Source: Thermodesulfobacteriota bacterium
Lineage (GTDB): Bacteria > Desulfobacterota > Desulfarculia > JACQYL01
Length of the DNA stretch: 64,000 nt
Assembly (NCBI GenBank): GCA_963675595.2
Contig: CAXXLZ010000001.1
Location: 96,001 to 160,000, forward strand
Direction: 5' to 3'
The notes beneath the pieces are model-generated. The model worked only from the letters and a program-made list of their open reading frames with translations, made no database searches and had not been told where the DNA came from. Positions 9,672-21,059 of the stretch are shown piece after piece. Made by a program: the position numbers and the translations under genes. The stretch's first letter is position 1, and each line of letters starts with the position of its first letter.

Positions 9672-11020
9672 ACGCCCACCTTCCTCGCGGCAATCTCGGA
9701 TTTGCCGTATCTCATGAAATGGACCATGGGCCTGGCCGCGGGACAGACGTACCCGCACAGACCGCATTCAATGCAGTGGAGAAGGAACCCGTTTTCCGCC
9801 TGTTCGAACCTTCCGAATTCACAGAACCGGCTGAGTTCGTTGGGGAGCAGATTGATGGGACATACGTCGACACAGGCACCGCAGTTGAAACAGGCATTGG
9901 GAGAAAATTCGTGGACGCCTTTTTCGTTCTGGAGAGTCAGAGCGTAGGTCTCTTTGGTAATCGGAACATCCAGGGTGTATTGGGCGTATCCGAGGAGAGG
10001 CCCTCCGAAGATGACTTTGCCCAAGGTATCGGGCTTGATGGAAAGAGAGCCCAGGACATCCCGCACCGGGGTCCCGATCCGGACTCGGAGGTTTTTGGGT
10101 CGCGAAAGACTGGATCCGAACACCGTGATCAGTTTATCCACCTGGGGTTTGTGATCCCGCAAAGCCTCCACGGCGTTCATGACCGTGACCACATCCTGAA
10201 CCAGATAGCCCGTATCTCTGGAGGTACCGTCGGGTAGAGGAATCTCCTTGCCCGAAACCTGCTTGACGAGAATGGGTTCGAGGCCGGAAGGGTACTTGTC
10301 CGACGCCCCGAAAAGTTCGAACCCGGCTTTGGCGTAGGGCCCCAAACGATCGATGGACAGTTGGTCCGTTTCGGAAACCGCCAGGACGACTTTTTCAGCC
10401 CCGACCATGGTCCTCAGGACCCGGATTCCTTTGATCAAGTCGTCGGGATGGTGCCTAAGCAGTCCTCGACGAATAAATACGTTGGGTTCGGAGTCCACGG
10501 CATTGATGATCAGCGTGTGAACCTTTTTGAGTACCGGGATTCCTACCAGAAAAAGGTACGTGTCCGGAAGCTCCGGGGGGACCACCTTTACATGAAGCGG
10601 CACCGCGGGGTTTCCGATTTCGACAATGCCCGCATGGCGAAGTCGGTTTAAGGCCTCCTCGGCCTTCAACTGTGCGAAGTGCTCATCGGGTTCCGGAAGC
10701 TCGACCCATTCGTCCCGGTCGTCCGATTCAATGATCACTGCCGGAACCTTGTTGCCCCTGGGATCGGGCTGGAGGGTCACGTCGGACACCGTTCCGGAAA
10801 CGGTCGCATGCAAGTCGGCCAAGTCGAACCGGTCGCTCTTGCCCACCACTTGGCCGGTTTTTACTTGGTCTCCCTTGGAAACCACCGGTTCGCAGATGCC
10901 TCCGGGGTGTTGCTCCATGAGCAAGACCACTTTCTTAGGCAAAGGAGCCGTTTCGATTTTCGGGTCCAGGCCCGGCGCCTCAGGGAGATGCAGTCCTTGG
11001 AAACTCGGTCTCTTCTTCAT
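9668..11020 (-). CDS. rnfC: Rnf complex subunit C
   Basis: HATVSGTV, KYPSGLE, two CxxCxxCxxxCP 4Fe-4S motifs. Confidence 0.88.
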   Translation of the reverse strand: MKKRPSFQGLHLPEAPGLDPKIETAPLPKKVVLLMEQHPGGICEPVVSKGDQVKTGQVVGKSDRFDLADLHATVSGTVSDVTLQPDPRGNKVPAVIIESDDRDEWVELPEPDEHFAQLKAEEALNRLRHAGIVEIGNPAVPLHVKVVPPELPDTYLFLVGIPVLKKVHTLIINAVDSEPNVFIRRGLLRHHPDDLIKGIRVLRTMVGAEKVVLAVSETDQLSIDRLGPYAKAGFELFGASDKYPSGLEPILVKQVSGKEIPLPDGTSRDTGYLVQDVVTVMNAVEALRDHKPQVDKLITVFGSSLSRPKNLRVRIGTPVRDVLGSLSIKPDTLGKVIFGGPLLGYAQYTLDVPITKETYALTLQNEKGVHEFSPNACFNCGACVDVCPINLLPNELSRFCEFGRFEQAENGFLLHCIECGLCGYVCPAARPMVHFMRYGKSEIAARKVGV

Positions 11021-11103
11021 GGGAATACGAATCCTTTAGGTTGTTCTCACGGCACAGCCCGTGGGGCGGACGCCCACCCTTCGGATGTGAAGACGGGTCA
11101 ACG

Positions 11104-11119
11104 TGTGCGAAAAAGCACA
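11104..11119. promoter_or_regulatory. Palindromic operator upstream of rnfC, Rex-like
   Basis: TGTGC-N6-GCACA palindrome ~85 bp upstream of rnfC; assignment to Rex is inference. Confidence 0.4.
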
Positions 11120-11305
11120 AGGATAACGCGACCCTTGACACACTCGGGCTCAAGAGTTAGCCTACTTTTAAAGTATTCGGGATTAAATCGCAACCAAAAA
11201 GTGGAGCGCTTGTAATTTATTTCTCTAAGTCCGGAGCCCCTAACCGTACTAAATGCTTAGTTCTTTCCCCGGTAGGACCGCACTTGCGCAGGGGGGAGTT
11301 CGAGC

Positions 11306-11614
11306 ATGGTCGACGCCATGACGGATAACAGACTCAAACGTTTCTTTGCCGATCTTCAGAACCTCGCTCCCCTTTCCGGGCTCGAAGTGCATGTGCGCCG
11401 TGAGGAGGATTTCCTGCTGATCCTGGACGACAACCGCATATGGTGCCTGATTCGAGAAGAAGGCACCGACTGGGAACTGTGCTTCAATCGTTTCTGCGGC
11501 GAGGCGGACCGGCGAAGTCTGATGAGGGCCCTGCGCAAAGTGGCCCCCGGAGAGCGGATTCTTTTCGGCGAAGATTGCGTGTTTGTGAGTTTGGAGCCCA
11601 TGAACGACGATTGA
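11306..11614 (+). CDS. Hypothetical protein
   Basis: 102-aa ORF with GGGGGAG RBS and protein-like composition. Confidence 0.55.
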   Translation: MVDAMTDNRLKRFFADLQNLAPLSGLEVHVRREEDFLLILDDNRIWCLIREEGTDWELCFNRFCGEADRRSLMRALRKVAPGERILFGEDCVFVSLEPMNDD

Positions 11615-11812
11615 TTCTTTCACCGCTTTACCGCCTCACCCGTAGTGCCCGTGCCGCCTCTTTCTTCCCCATGTCGCCTGAATCGGTAATAGATTCCCTA
11701 AAAAGCGGGAAAAATGGCCCAATTTCCCGAATTGTGTTCCGGGGGTGGAAAGTACCTACATTCTAATCCCTGATAACTCTATGGGAATTCCTTCCGGATT
11801 TTCTATCAGGGT

Positions 11813-11829
11813 TGGGCACGGTTGTTGCT
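11813..11829 (+). promoter_or_regulatory. Sigma-54 (-24/-12) promoter for the VPLPA-CTERM gene
   Basis: GGCACG-GTTG-TTGCT, exact GG-N10-GC spacing. Confidence 0.7.
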
Positions 11830-11960
11830 TGTAATTGTATAACAAAAGTGAGTAACCTGAACTAAACGACGAACCAACAGAATTTCAGATAGAAGATAAA
11901 GTTTATATGCACCGTGTGTGAATATGTTGAGGGCGAATTGATCGCCGGTAATATGGAGGT

Positions 11961-12743
11961 GTGGATATGGAAAAGAAGATGAGAGCTGGTGGAATGAGGG
12001 GATTGCGGTTCGTGCAGGCGCTTGTGCTGGTTGCCGTGCTGTGTGCATGGTCCGGGTCCGGCTGGGCGCTCTCGATTGGTACGTTCACGCCCAGCGGCGC
12101 GCCGGTGGGAAACCCGGCGATCTACAATACGTTGTACACCGTGGAAATCCTTGGGGACGATGTGGGGAAGTCCTTCTCCGTGGACTGGCTGCTGCCCACG
12201 TCCTACACGGGCTTGAGCGATGAATTGAGCGCCAACGCCCTGATCAACATCGACAACTTCACCGCATCCGAGCTGACGCTGACGGTGAAGTTGACCAACA
12301 GCACCTCGTCGGCGGTTCAGGCAGGGTGGACGGCCTTTGGATTCAGCGTAACGCCCGACGGAACGGCGGCCTACTCCGACGACGGCAGTAAATTCGACGG
12401 AGTGGGGTCCGGGAGCGGCCCGAATCAGACCTTTCCCGGGGGATACAAATTGATCGACGTGTGCGCCTATGCCGCCGGTAATTGCAGCGGGGGCAACGTC
12501 AGCGACGGTCTGCAGAGCGGTGGAAATACGGACACCTTTACGCTGACCATCAGCGGCAGCTTTTCCGGTGAAGACGGCTTGAAGGTGGTGTTGGATTCTT
12601 TTCCGGCGAAGTTCCAGACAGCGGCGGGTTCTTTCGAGATCGCGGGTACCACCACGACCGTGCCCGTGCCTGCAGCCGCCTGGCTTCTGGGGTCGGGCCT
12701 GATCGGTCTGGTTGGTTTGAGACGTAGACGTCCACAGCGTTGA
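11961..12743 (+). CDS. Secreted PEP-CTERM-class (VPLPA-CTERM) surface protein
   Basis: N-terminal signal peptide; C-terminal VPVPAAAWLLGSGLIGLVGLRRRR exosortase signal. Confidence 0.88.
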   Translation: MDMEKKMRAGGMRGLRFVQALVLVAVLCAWSGSGWALSIGTFTPSGAPVGNPAIYNTLYTVEILGDDVGKSFSVDWLLPTSYTGLSDELSANALINIDNFTASELTLTVKLTNSTSSAVQAGWTAFGFSVTPDGTAAYSDDGSKFDGVGSGSGPNQTFPGGYKLIDVCAYAAGNCSGGNVSDGLQSGGNTDTFTLTISGSFSGEDGLKVVLDSFPAKFQTAAGSFEIAGTTTTVPVPAAAWLLGSGLIGLVGLRRRRPQR

Positions 12744-12774
12744 CAAGTCAATCTTTCCAACTAAATCGGAACGG

Positions 12775-12809
12775 AAAGCGGGGTTGATGTCGAACCCCGC
12801 TTTTCTTTT
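12775..12809 (+). terminator. Rho-independent terminator (possibly bidirectional)
   Basis: AAAGCGGGGTT-gatgtcg-AACCCCGCTTT followed by TCTTTT. Confidence 0.8.
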
Positions 12810-12885
12810 GGTCGAGCCCCGCGTGTGGTCCGAGGAAGAGCTCTTCCCGATGTTCGGCTCAGCCCATCGAGAGACGGCCCCGCCG

Positions 12886-13503
12886 CTACTTTCCTTCCTC
12901 GGCGGCCCTCTTCTCCAGGAGCAAGGCCCGCCATCCCCGCCGACAGCGTTCGGCAAGTAATCCGAGCCCGCGTTTTCGCGTCAGGCGATACAGGGCCCGA
13001 TCCTTCTCCAGACCGGCCAAGCCTGAAAGAATCATCAGGCCGGGGCGGGCCAAGTGTTCTTCCAGCCATTCTCCCGTGTCCGCGGCGCAGTCGGGGCACA
13101 GGTTGGCCAAGATGAGGTCGTAAAACCCCCCCACCCACGCCATGTCCGACGCAATCACGGTTACCCGGTCCCGGACATGGTTCATATCGGCATGTTTCCC
13201 CGCGGCTCGGGCGGATTGCGGGTCGATTTCCACCGCCACCACGTCCTCGGCTCCAAGGCGAGCCGCGGCCAGCGCGAGAATTCCACTGCCGCAGCCTGCG
13301 TCGAGTACATGTCTGCACGGAAATTTAGGGATAACGGTTTCGAGCAGTTCCAGACACATGCGTGTGGTGGGATGTTTGCCGGTGCCGAAGGCGGGGCCCG
13401 GTTGAAGCACGACGGTCTTGGAATCCGGGGGCGGGGTGGAAACCCGTTGCCCCAGCCTAATCTCCAGTCGGCTGCTTTTCCAGATCAATTCCGTGTTCGC
13501 CAT
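12886..13503 (-). CDS. Second, short PrmA-like methyltransferase
   Basis: PGPAFGTGKHPTTRMCL, VLDAGCGSGILA, DLILANL. Confidence 0.8.
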   Translation of the reverse strand: MANTELIWKSSRLEIRLGQRVSTPPPDSKTVVLQPGPAFGTGKHPTTRMCLELLETVIPKFPCRHVLDAGCGSGILALAAARLGAEDVVAVEIDPQSARAAGKHADMNHVRDRVTVIASDMAWVGGFYDLILANLCPDCAADTGEWLEEHLARPGLMILSGLAGLEKDRALYRLTRKRGLGLLAERCRRGWRALLLEKRAAEEGK

Positions 13504-13715
13504 GGATTTCCTCCGGTAGTACGATTTTTTCCATGGAGTAGATCCGTTTGTTACAATTAGGGTACCATCTTGTTACCCGGATGGGAACCCCTTGCCGGGC
13601 GACGAAAAAAGTGATCGATTCACGGATTATTTTTTCGAACACCGAAAAAATTCAGGGTTCTTTTTTGGGGTGCACGGAAGAAAACGGGAGGCTCTTTCGA
13701 GCGTAGGCAAGCCCG

Positions 13716-13744
13716 TTGACATCCCGCCTCAAAACCTCTATAGA
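13716..13744 (+). promoter_or_regulatory. Sigma-70 promoter for the Sua5/YciO gene
   Basis: TTGACA-17 nt-TATAGA ending 8 nt before ATG 13753. Confidence 0.5.
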
Positions 13745-13752
13745 AGCGGGCC

Positions 13753-14388
13753 ATGGCAAAAAAAGGAACCAAGACTCAGGTACTGGAAATCAATCCGCAA
13801 AACCCCCAGCCTCGGTTGATTCGGAAGGTCGTGGACCTTCTGAAAGAGGGGGGGGTGATCATTTATCCGACGGATACGGTTTACGGCATCGGTTGCGATC
13901 TGATGAACAAGCGCGCCACGGAACGAATCTATCAAATCAAGCAGCGCAGGCCCGACAAACCGTTCAGTTTTATCTGCGCCGACCTGTCGGACATCAGTCA
14001 ATACGCCAAGGTTTCCAATTACGCTTATAAGACCATGAAGCGCCTGCTTCCGGGACCTTACACGTTTGTGCTCGACGGAGCCAGTCTGACCCCCAAGATG
14101 GCCATGACCCGGCAGAAGACCGTGGGCATTCGCGTGCCCGACAACGAGATTTGTCTGGCCGTGGTGCAAGGCCTGGGAAATCCCGTGATCTCCACCAGCG
14201 CCACGACCGAGGAGGACGGGCGGGTTCCCCCGGATCCCTATTTGCTGGAAGAACAGTTCCGAGGTCGAGTGGATCTGGTGGTGGACGGTGGTTACCTGCT
14301 GTCCGAGCCGTCGAGCGTTATTTCTCTGGTGGGTGCGGAGCCGGAGGTGCTCAGGGCGGGCCAGGGCGACATATCGGAGTTCCAATAG
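13753..14388 (+). CDS. Sua5/YciO/YrdC family threonylcarbamoyl-AMP synthase
   Basis: YPTDTVYGIGC, LLPGPYTFVL, TVGIRVPD, ISTSA. Confidence 0.88.
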   Translation: MAKKGTKTQVLEINPQNPQPRLIRKVVDLLKEGGVIIYPTDTVYGIGCDLMNKRATERIYQIKQRRPDKPFSFICADLSDISQYAKVSNYAYKTMKRLLPGPYTFVLDGASLTPKMAMTRQKTVGIRVPDNEICLAVVQGLGNPVISTSATTEEDGRVPPDPYLLEEQFRGRVDLVVDGGYLLSEPSSVISLVGAEPEVLRAGQGDISEFQ

Positions 14389-14537
14389 CGGGCCGGTGGA
14401 AAACGCGATTTGCGGCATTGCGCCACCTCCTTCGTCACTGCGACGTACTCCATGTCCGCCGCATTCCTCGGTATGTTCGCGCCTCGCATGTCAACCTTTT
14501 TCACCAACCTTCGGTAACCGGCCTTTTCCATCGGGCG
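14389..14537 (+). repeat. MITE-like repeat, copy 2
   Basis: Clear similarity to 19368-19518 along its length. Confidence 0.75.
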
Positions 14538-14647
14538 GAATGGAACATGGCGTGTGTCCCAAACTCCTTACCGAGCCGCAACAGCCTTAGGCGACCCGAC
14601 CGTTATCACGGTCCGGTGCGGCATAGGGGCCTATCCGGCGGATTGCG

Positions 14648-16066
14648 ATGAATTCCAAGCAAGACCTACTTAGAAATTTGCCCTCCGTGGACGAACTGCT
14701 GCGGGACGCTGAATTGCTCGCCCTTCAGGAGCAGGTCGCCAGAGGCCTGGTGAAGACCGTTGTGAGGGAAGTACTGGACGGATTTCGAAGGGACCTGCTG
14801 GCTGCTCCGGCGGGAAAAGAGGTGTTACCTGATCCGGCGGAGATCGTCCGCTCCGTGGCGGAACAGGTTCGGCGCAAATCCCGTCCTCACTTTCAGCGGG
14901 TGATCAACGCCACCGGGGTCGTGGTCCACACGAACCTCGGGCGATCCCTTCTCGCGGCCGAAGCCGTGCAACAGGTCGCCGAACTCGCCGCCCACTATTC
15001 GAACCTCGAATTCGATCTGGATGAAGGCCGAAGAGGTTCACGATACTCTCACGTGGAGGAGTTGCTCACGGAACTCACCGGAGCCGAATCCGCCCTGGTG
15101 GTGAACAACAACGCGGCGGCAGTGTTTCTGGTGTTGGAAACCCTTTCCAAGGGTCGGGAAGCCGTGGTGTCTCGAGGGGAACTGGTGGAGATCGGCGGTT
15201 CTTTCAGGATTCCCGACGTCATGGCCAGGAGCGGTGCGATCATGGTCGAGGTGGGCACCACCAACAAGACCCATCTCAAGGACTATGTCGCCGTCATCAA
15301 TGAGCGGACGGCACTGCTGTTGAAGGTGCACACGAGCAATTATCGGATCATCGGATTCACCCAGGACGTTTCCCTGGAAGAGCTTTCCCGTTTGGGAGCG
15401 GAGCATGGGCTGCCGGTGGTCAACGACCTGGGAAGCGGATGTTTCATCGATTTCTCCAAGTATGGGATCATCAAGGAACCCACGGTACAGGAAACCATCC
15501 GCAGCGGCGCTTCCATCGCCACCTTCAGCGGAGATAAATTGCTCGGGGGGCCCCAGGCGGGCATTGTGTTGGGGAAACGTGAATACGTCGAGCAGGTGAA
15601 AAGAAACCCGCTCAATCGCGCTTTTCGCATCGACAAGATGACCCTGGCCGCACTGGAAGCCACCTTGCTGCTCTACCGCGACCCGGACAAGGCGCTGAAG
15701 AAGATTCCGACCCTCGCCATGATCACGGTGTCGCGGAACGTACTGAGTCGTCGGGCCGCCAAGCTGAAGAACGGTTTGGTGAGAACCCTGCCCGCCGGAT
15801 CGGCGGAGGTGGAAGTCCGGAACGGTTTTTCCAAAGTGGGGGGCGGAGCCCTTCCCGAGATGGATCTGCCCACCAGAATGGTGGCTCTGACGCTGCGGGC
15901 CGGCACATCGGCGGCTTCGGTCGAATCCCGTTTGCGAAATCTTCCCCTTCCCGTAGTCTGCCGAGTGGAACGCGACCAGGTGTTGCTGGATGTTCGGACC
16001 ATTCTGGATTCGGAAGTGGAACCGGTATGCGAAGCCTTTCGATCCGTCCTGAATGCCCGGCAATGA
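14648..16066 (+). CDS. selA: L-seryl-tRNA(Sec) selenium transferase
   Basis: VINATGVVVHTNLGRS, VVNNNAAAV, SRGELVEIGGSFRIPDVM, FSGDKLLGGPQAG. Confidence 0.96.
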   Translation: MNSKQDLLRNLPSVDELLRDAELLALQEQVARGLVKTVVREVLDGFRRDLLAAPAGKEVLPDPAEIVRSVAEQVRRKSRPHFQRVINATGVVVHTNLGRSLLAAEAVQQVAELAAHYSNLEFDLDEGRRGSRYSHVEELLTELTGAESALVVNNNAAAVFLVLETLSKGREAVVSRGELVEIGGSFRIPDVMARSGAIMVEVGTTNKTHLKDYVAVINERTALLLKVHTSNYRIIGFTQDVSLEELSRLGAEHGLPVVNDLGSGCFIDFSKYGIIKEPTVQETIRSGASIATFSGDKLLGGPQAGIVLGKREYVEQVKRNPLNRAFRIDKMTLAALEATLLLYRDPDKALKKIPTLAMITVSRNVLSRRAAKLKNGLVRTLPAGSAEVEVRNGFSKVGGGALPEMDLPTRMVALTLRAGTSAASVESRLRNLPLPVVCRVERDQVLLDVRTILDSEVEPVCEAFRSVLNARQ

Positions 16067-16207
16067 ATCGACCCAACCTTCCCGTTCCATTTCAGGGAAA
16101 ATCGCTTTCCAGCCGGCTCGTTGAAAAATCCGGATGATTGCAGCCCGTTCCGAGGGAAGCGAAAGAACCTCGCAGGAGCACTTTTGTCGAATCAGCAACA
16201 TGACTCC

Positions 16208-16795
16208 ATGGAAGCGCGGGCGCGTTCCGCGTTCGAGGAATCCATCCGCCTGAAAGAGGATTTCATCCGTCGGGAGGCAGGCACGTTGGTGAGGGCTTCC
16301 CTGCGGATCGTCGAGACCTTCCGCCAGGGCGGACGACTGTACCTGTTCGGCAACGGAGGCAGCGCCGCGGATGCCCAGCATATCGCCGCCGAATTCATCA
16401 ACCGCTTTCTGGTGGACCGTGCTGGTCTGCCGGCGTTGGCCTTGACCACCGACAGTTCGGCGTTGACCAGCATTGGGAACGATTCCGACTTCACTCGGGT
16501 GTTCAGCCGCCAATTGGAGGCCCTGGCACGAACCGGCGACTTGGTGTGGGCTTTTTCCACCAGCGGTAATTCCCCCAATGTGCTCAGAGGGCTGGAGTCG
16601 GCTCGATCCATGGGAATCGGGTCCATCGCTTTCCTGGGCGGGGACGGGGGCGGAGCCGCCGCCTTGGCGGAGATTCCCGTGATTGTCGGCAGTCGTGATA
16701 CGCCCAGGATTCAGGAGGTCCACTCCGTGGCGGGGCACGTGATCTGTGAATTGGTGGAAACCCATTTGTTCGGGAGCCGCGCCGATGAAGATTGA
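16208..16795 (+). CDS. gmhA: Phosphoheptose isomerase
   Basis: FGNGGSAADAQHIAAE, STSGNSPNV, TPRIQEVH; start placed at ATG 16208. Confidence 0.93.
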   Translation: MEARARSAFEESIRLKEDFIRREAGTLVRASLRIVETFRQGGRLYLFGNGGSAADAQHIAAEFINRFLVDRAGLPALALTTDSSALTSIGNDSDFTRVFSRQLEALARTGDLVWAFSTSGNSPNVLRGLESARSMGIGSIAFLGGDGGGAAALAEIPVIVGSRDTPRIQEVHSVAGHVICELVETHLFGSRADED

Positions 16796-17729
16796 ACCCA
16801 TCGACTTGAGCGGAGTGAATCCGGTACGTCTCGAGGACCGCAAGAGCAAGGTGCGGTTGGCGGATTTCGGAAAGCCCTGGCAAAAGGGCGGCTCCATGGG
16901 CGCGTTTCTATCCGGCCTTCCCAAAATCTTGGCGGCCCAAGACGTGTTGGAGGCGGCCAAGCGCATCGCCGACGCCCGCAGGCAAGGCCGTGAAGTGTTG
17001 TTGGGCATGGGCGCGCATCCCATCAAAGTGGGCCTCAATCCGGTGATCATCGATCTGATGGAGCGGGGAATTCTGGCGGGCGTGGCCATGAACGGGGCCG
17101 GCGTGATCCATGATTCGGAACTGGCCATGGCCGGCAAGACCTCGGAGGACGTGGAAGCCGAACTCGCCGACGGCAAATTCGGCATGGCCGATGAAACCGC
17201 TCGGATGATCAACGGCGCGGTGGCCACCGGGAACCGGGCCGGGCTGGGCCTGGGGGCGTCCGTGGGCCGCGCTTTGGCGGAAGGTGGTTTCCCTCATTCC
17301 TCCATGAGCATTCTGGCCGCCGGCAGCCGGCTGGACATTCCCGTGACGATTCACGTGGCCATCGGCACCGATATCGTGCACATGCATCCGTCCTTTGTAC
17401 CGGGTGCAACCGGGGAAGCGAGTCATCTGGATTTTCGAACCTTTGCCGCGCTGGTTTCCAGACTCGAAGGCGGGGTCTACATCAATCTCGGTTCCGCGGT
17501 CATTTTGCCGGAAGTGTTTCTCAAGGCCCTCACCCTGGTGCGGAATCTGGGCCATACCGTGGAACGCTTCACCACGGTGAACATGGATTTCATTCGGCAC
17601 TACCGACCCACGGTGAACGTGGTGCAGCGGCCCACCAGCCGGGGCGGCAAAGGGTTTCACCTCACAGGTCACCACGAAATCATGTTTCCGCTCCTGGCCG
17701 CGGCCGTCCTCGAAGAACAGGGCGTTTAG
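16785..17729 (+). CDS. Conserved hypothetical protein, possibly deoxyhypusine-synthase-like fold
   Basis: Overlaps gmhA stop; GAHPIKVGL, NGAGVIHD, GTDIVHMHP, NLGSAVILPEVFLKA. Confidence 0.65.
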   Translation: MKIEPIDLSGVNPVRLEDRKSKVRLADFGKPWQKGGSMGAFLSGLPKILAAQDVLEAAKRIADARRQGREVLLGMGAHPIKVGLNPVIIDLMERGILAGVAMNGAGVIHDSELAMAGKTSEDVEAELADGKFGMADETARMINGAVATGNRAGLGLGASVGRALAEGGFPHSSMSILAAGSRLDIPVTIHVAIGTDIVHMHPSFVPGATGEASHLDFRTFAALVSRLEGGVYINLGSAVILPEVFLKALTLVRNLGHTVERFTTVNMDFIRHYRPTVNVVQRPTSRGGKGFHLTGHHEIMFPLLAAAVLEEQGV

Positions 17730-17833
17730 GCGGCGGATTCGAGGAGGCTTTCTCTTACGCCCCGAGTTGAAACACCTCGCCCGGATGGCTATATGATAGG
17801 GAGACGGCGCGAGCGCGCCACAAGGAGGAAATC

Positions 17834-18058
17834 ATGCCGATTTATGAATATAAGTGCAAAGCATGCGACTGTGAATTCGAAACCCTGGTGATTCGAAGCT
17901 CCGACCCCATCCGGTGCCCCAAGTGCGATCAGGAGAACGTGGAACGGATGATGTCCGCATGCAGCCACAAGAGTGAAGGCAAGTATGTGAGCTCCGGGGG
18001 GGGATCGGGGTCGGGATGCAGCGGATGCAGCGCCACTTCCTGCGCCACATGCCACTGA
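17834..18058 (+). CDS. FmdB-family zinc-ribbon protein
   Basis: MPIYEYKCKAC..FE..CPKC and Cys/Gly tail; AGGAGG RBS. Confidence 0.88.
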   Translation: MPIYEYKCKACDCEFETLVIRSSDPIRCPKCDQENVERMMSACSHKSEGKYVSSGGGSGSGCSGCSATSCATCH

Positions 18059-18359
18059 GGCGGAACCGAGGACACGCGCATTCGTGAGGGGGGACGTTGA
18101 GGACCGGAAGCCCTTCCGGGCCTGATGGAAACCTGAAACGCCTGCGGTGAAACCTTCCACGCATCCATCTCCCTTGAGTGCGTGAGAGGATGCGGCGTAT
18201 ACGTCACCGGCGGTTCCCGAGTGCCCACGATTCCAACGGCAAGACCCAAGGGTCTTGCTTTTGTTTTGGAATTCGGAGCATCATGCGCCGGGCGCACGCC
18301 GCCTCTCTTGGAATGGTTTGCGCCCAAAACCCGTTGGAAGCATTTCGAAGCGAGCCGTG

Positions 18360-19286
18360 ATGGATAAACTGAAAATCGCCACGCGGGGCAGTCCGCTGGC
18401 GCTGTGGCAGGCGGAGCATATTCGGACGCGGCTGCGGGAGCGACTGCCCGATCTGGACGTGGAGCTGGTCCTCTACAAGACCAAGGGCGACAAGATTTTG
18501 GACACGGCCCTGGCTCAGGTGGGAGGCAAAGGACTCTTCGTCAAGGAACTGGAAGACGCCCTGCTCCGGGGCGACGCCGACCTGGCGGTGCACAGCATGA
18601 AGGACGTGCCCGTAGACCTTCCCGACGGGTTGACCTTGGGGGCGTTTTCGGAACGGGAGGACCCCAGGGACGCCCTGGTATCTTCCTATGCTCGGAGCCT
18701 GGGGGAACTGCGACAGGGCGCCCGGGTGGGAACCAGTTCGTTGCGGCGGCGTGCCCAGGTGTTGGAGAAGCGCCCGGACCTGGAGGTCATCACCCTGCGG
18801 GGAAATGTGGGCACCCGTGTCGATCGGATGGAAGTCCTGTACCTGGACGCCGTGATACTGGCCTCGGCGGGGCTCAAACGCCTGGGAATGGGCCACCGCA
18901 TCGCCTGTTTCTTTTCCGAAGACGAAATGCTGCCGGCCATCGGGCAGGGCGTGCTGGGGATCGAGATGCGGGAAGGGGACCGGGAAGTTCGAGACCTTAT
19001 TTCTTTTCTCAACCATCGGGAAACCGAGGTGACACTGCGGGCCGAGAGGGCCTTTCTTCGAAGGTTGGAGGGCGGTTGCCAGGTACCCATCGGTGCGAGG
19101 GCGGTGCTGGACGGCGGAACGGTACGCCTCACCGGAATGGTGGGCGATCTGAACGGGGACCCGGTGATCCGCGAGACGGACGCCCGACCCCCGGAGCAGG
19201 CCGAAGAACTGGGTGAAACCCTGGCCGACCGCATTCTGGAGCGGGGAGGGCGGGAAATCCTCGATCGATTGTATTCCCAAGGGTGA
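18360..19286 (+). CDS. hemC: Hydroxymethylbilane synthase
   Basis: IATRGSPLALWQA, GGKGLFVKELE, VHSMKD, GTSSLRR, LEGGCQVP. Confidence 0.96.
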   Translation: MDKLKIATRGSPLALWQAEHIRTRLRERLPDLDVELVLYKTKGDKILDTALAQVGGKGLFVKELEDALLRGDADLAVHSMKDVPVDLPDGLTLGAFSEREDPRDALVSSYARSLGELRQGARVGTSSLRRRAQVLEKRPDLEVITLRGNVGTRVDRMEVLYLDAVILASAGLKRLGMGHRIACFFSEDEMLPAIGQGVLGIEMREGDREVRDLISFLNHRETEVTLRAERAFLRRLEGGCQVPIGARAVLDGGTVRLTGMVGDLNGDPVIRETDARPPEQAEELGETLADRILERGGREILDRLYSQG

Positions 19287-19367
19287 CGGGTCGGAGCGCC
19301 GCGCGAGCCTTCAAAAGAAGGGAATCGAGGATTCCGCCCGTTAACGGACTCGTCGGAGCCTTGCAGA

Positions 19368-19518
19368 CAGGCCGTTGAAAAACGCGACCTGCGGCGTTGC
19401 GCTTCATCCCTCGTCACTGCGGCGTACTTCTATGTACGCCTCATTCCTCGGGATTTGCGCGCCTTGCATGGCATCGTTTTTCACCAACCTGTGGCAACCG
19501 GCTTTTTTCAACGGGCTG
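19368..19518 (+). repeat. MITE-like repeat, copy 3 (best conserved)
   Basis: Imperfect terminal IRs CAGGCCGTTGAAAAA / TTTTTCAACGGGCTG with internal hairpins. Confidence 0.8.
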
Positions 19519-19772
19519 GTAAGCATTCTCCCCGCCCGCCAACCTGCCCACGGAGGAATCCCGTTCTCGGTTGCGACGCGTAAAGCCGGCAACACGCTCA
19601 AAAAGTTTTGGAAGCAACTGTGTTCTTTGTCAACTGAGTTGTTTGTCACTGATTCCTATGAAGCTGTAACACGGCGCTTGCTAGGCGCGGCACGCGTGGG
19701 GCTGCCGCGCGCAAGCACCGCGCCACAGCAGACCACGGCAGCATCGGTTAACCGATGTGATACATAAACCGG

Positions 19773-20935
<1,163 letters not shown>

Positions 20936-20947
20936 GCTAAATATACA

Positions 20948-20992
20948 AGGGGTCCGGGAAACCCTTTTTCAAAAGGTTTCTCCGGATATCCC
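20948..20992. repeat. REP-like palindromic repeat (IS110 target half); related copies at 23888-23940 and 53082-53130
   Basis: GGGGTCCGGGAAACCCTTTTTCAAAAGGTTTCTCCGGA is close to the reverse complement of 23888-23930. Confidence 0.7.
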
Positions 20993-21059
20993 GTGTATCC
21001 TCACCATATTCTTTCACCGCGGCGTAGCTTGCGTGCGCCGCGTTACTGGGATGGAGTCG

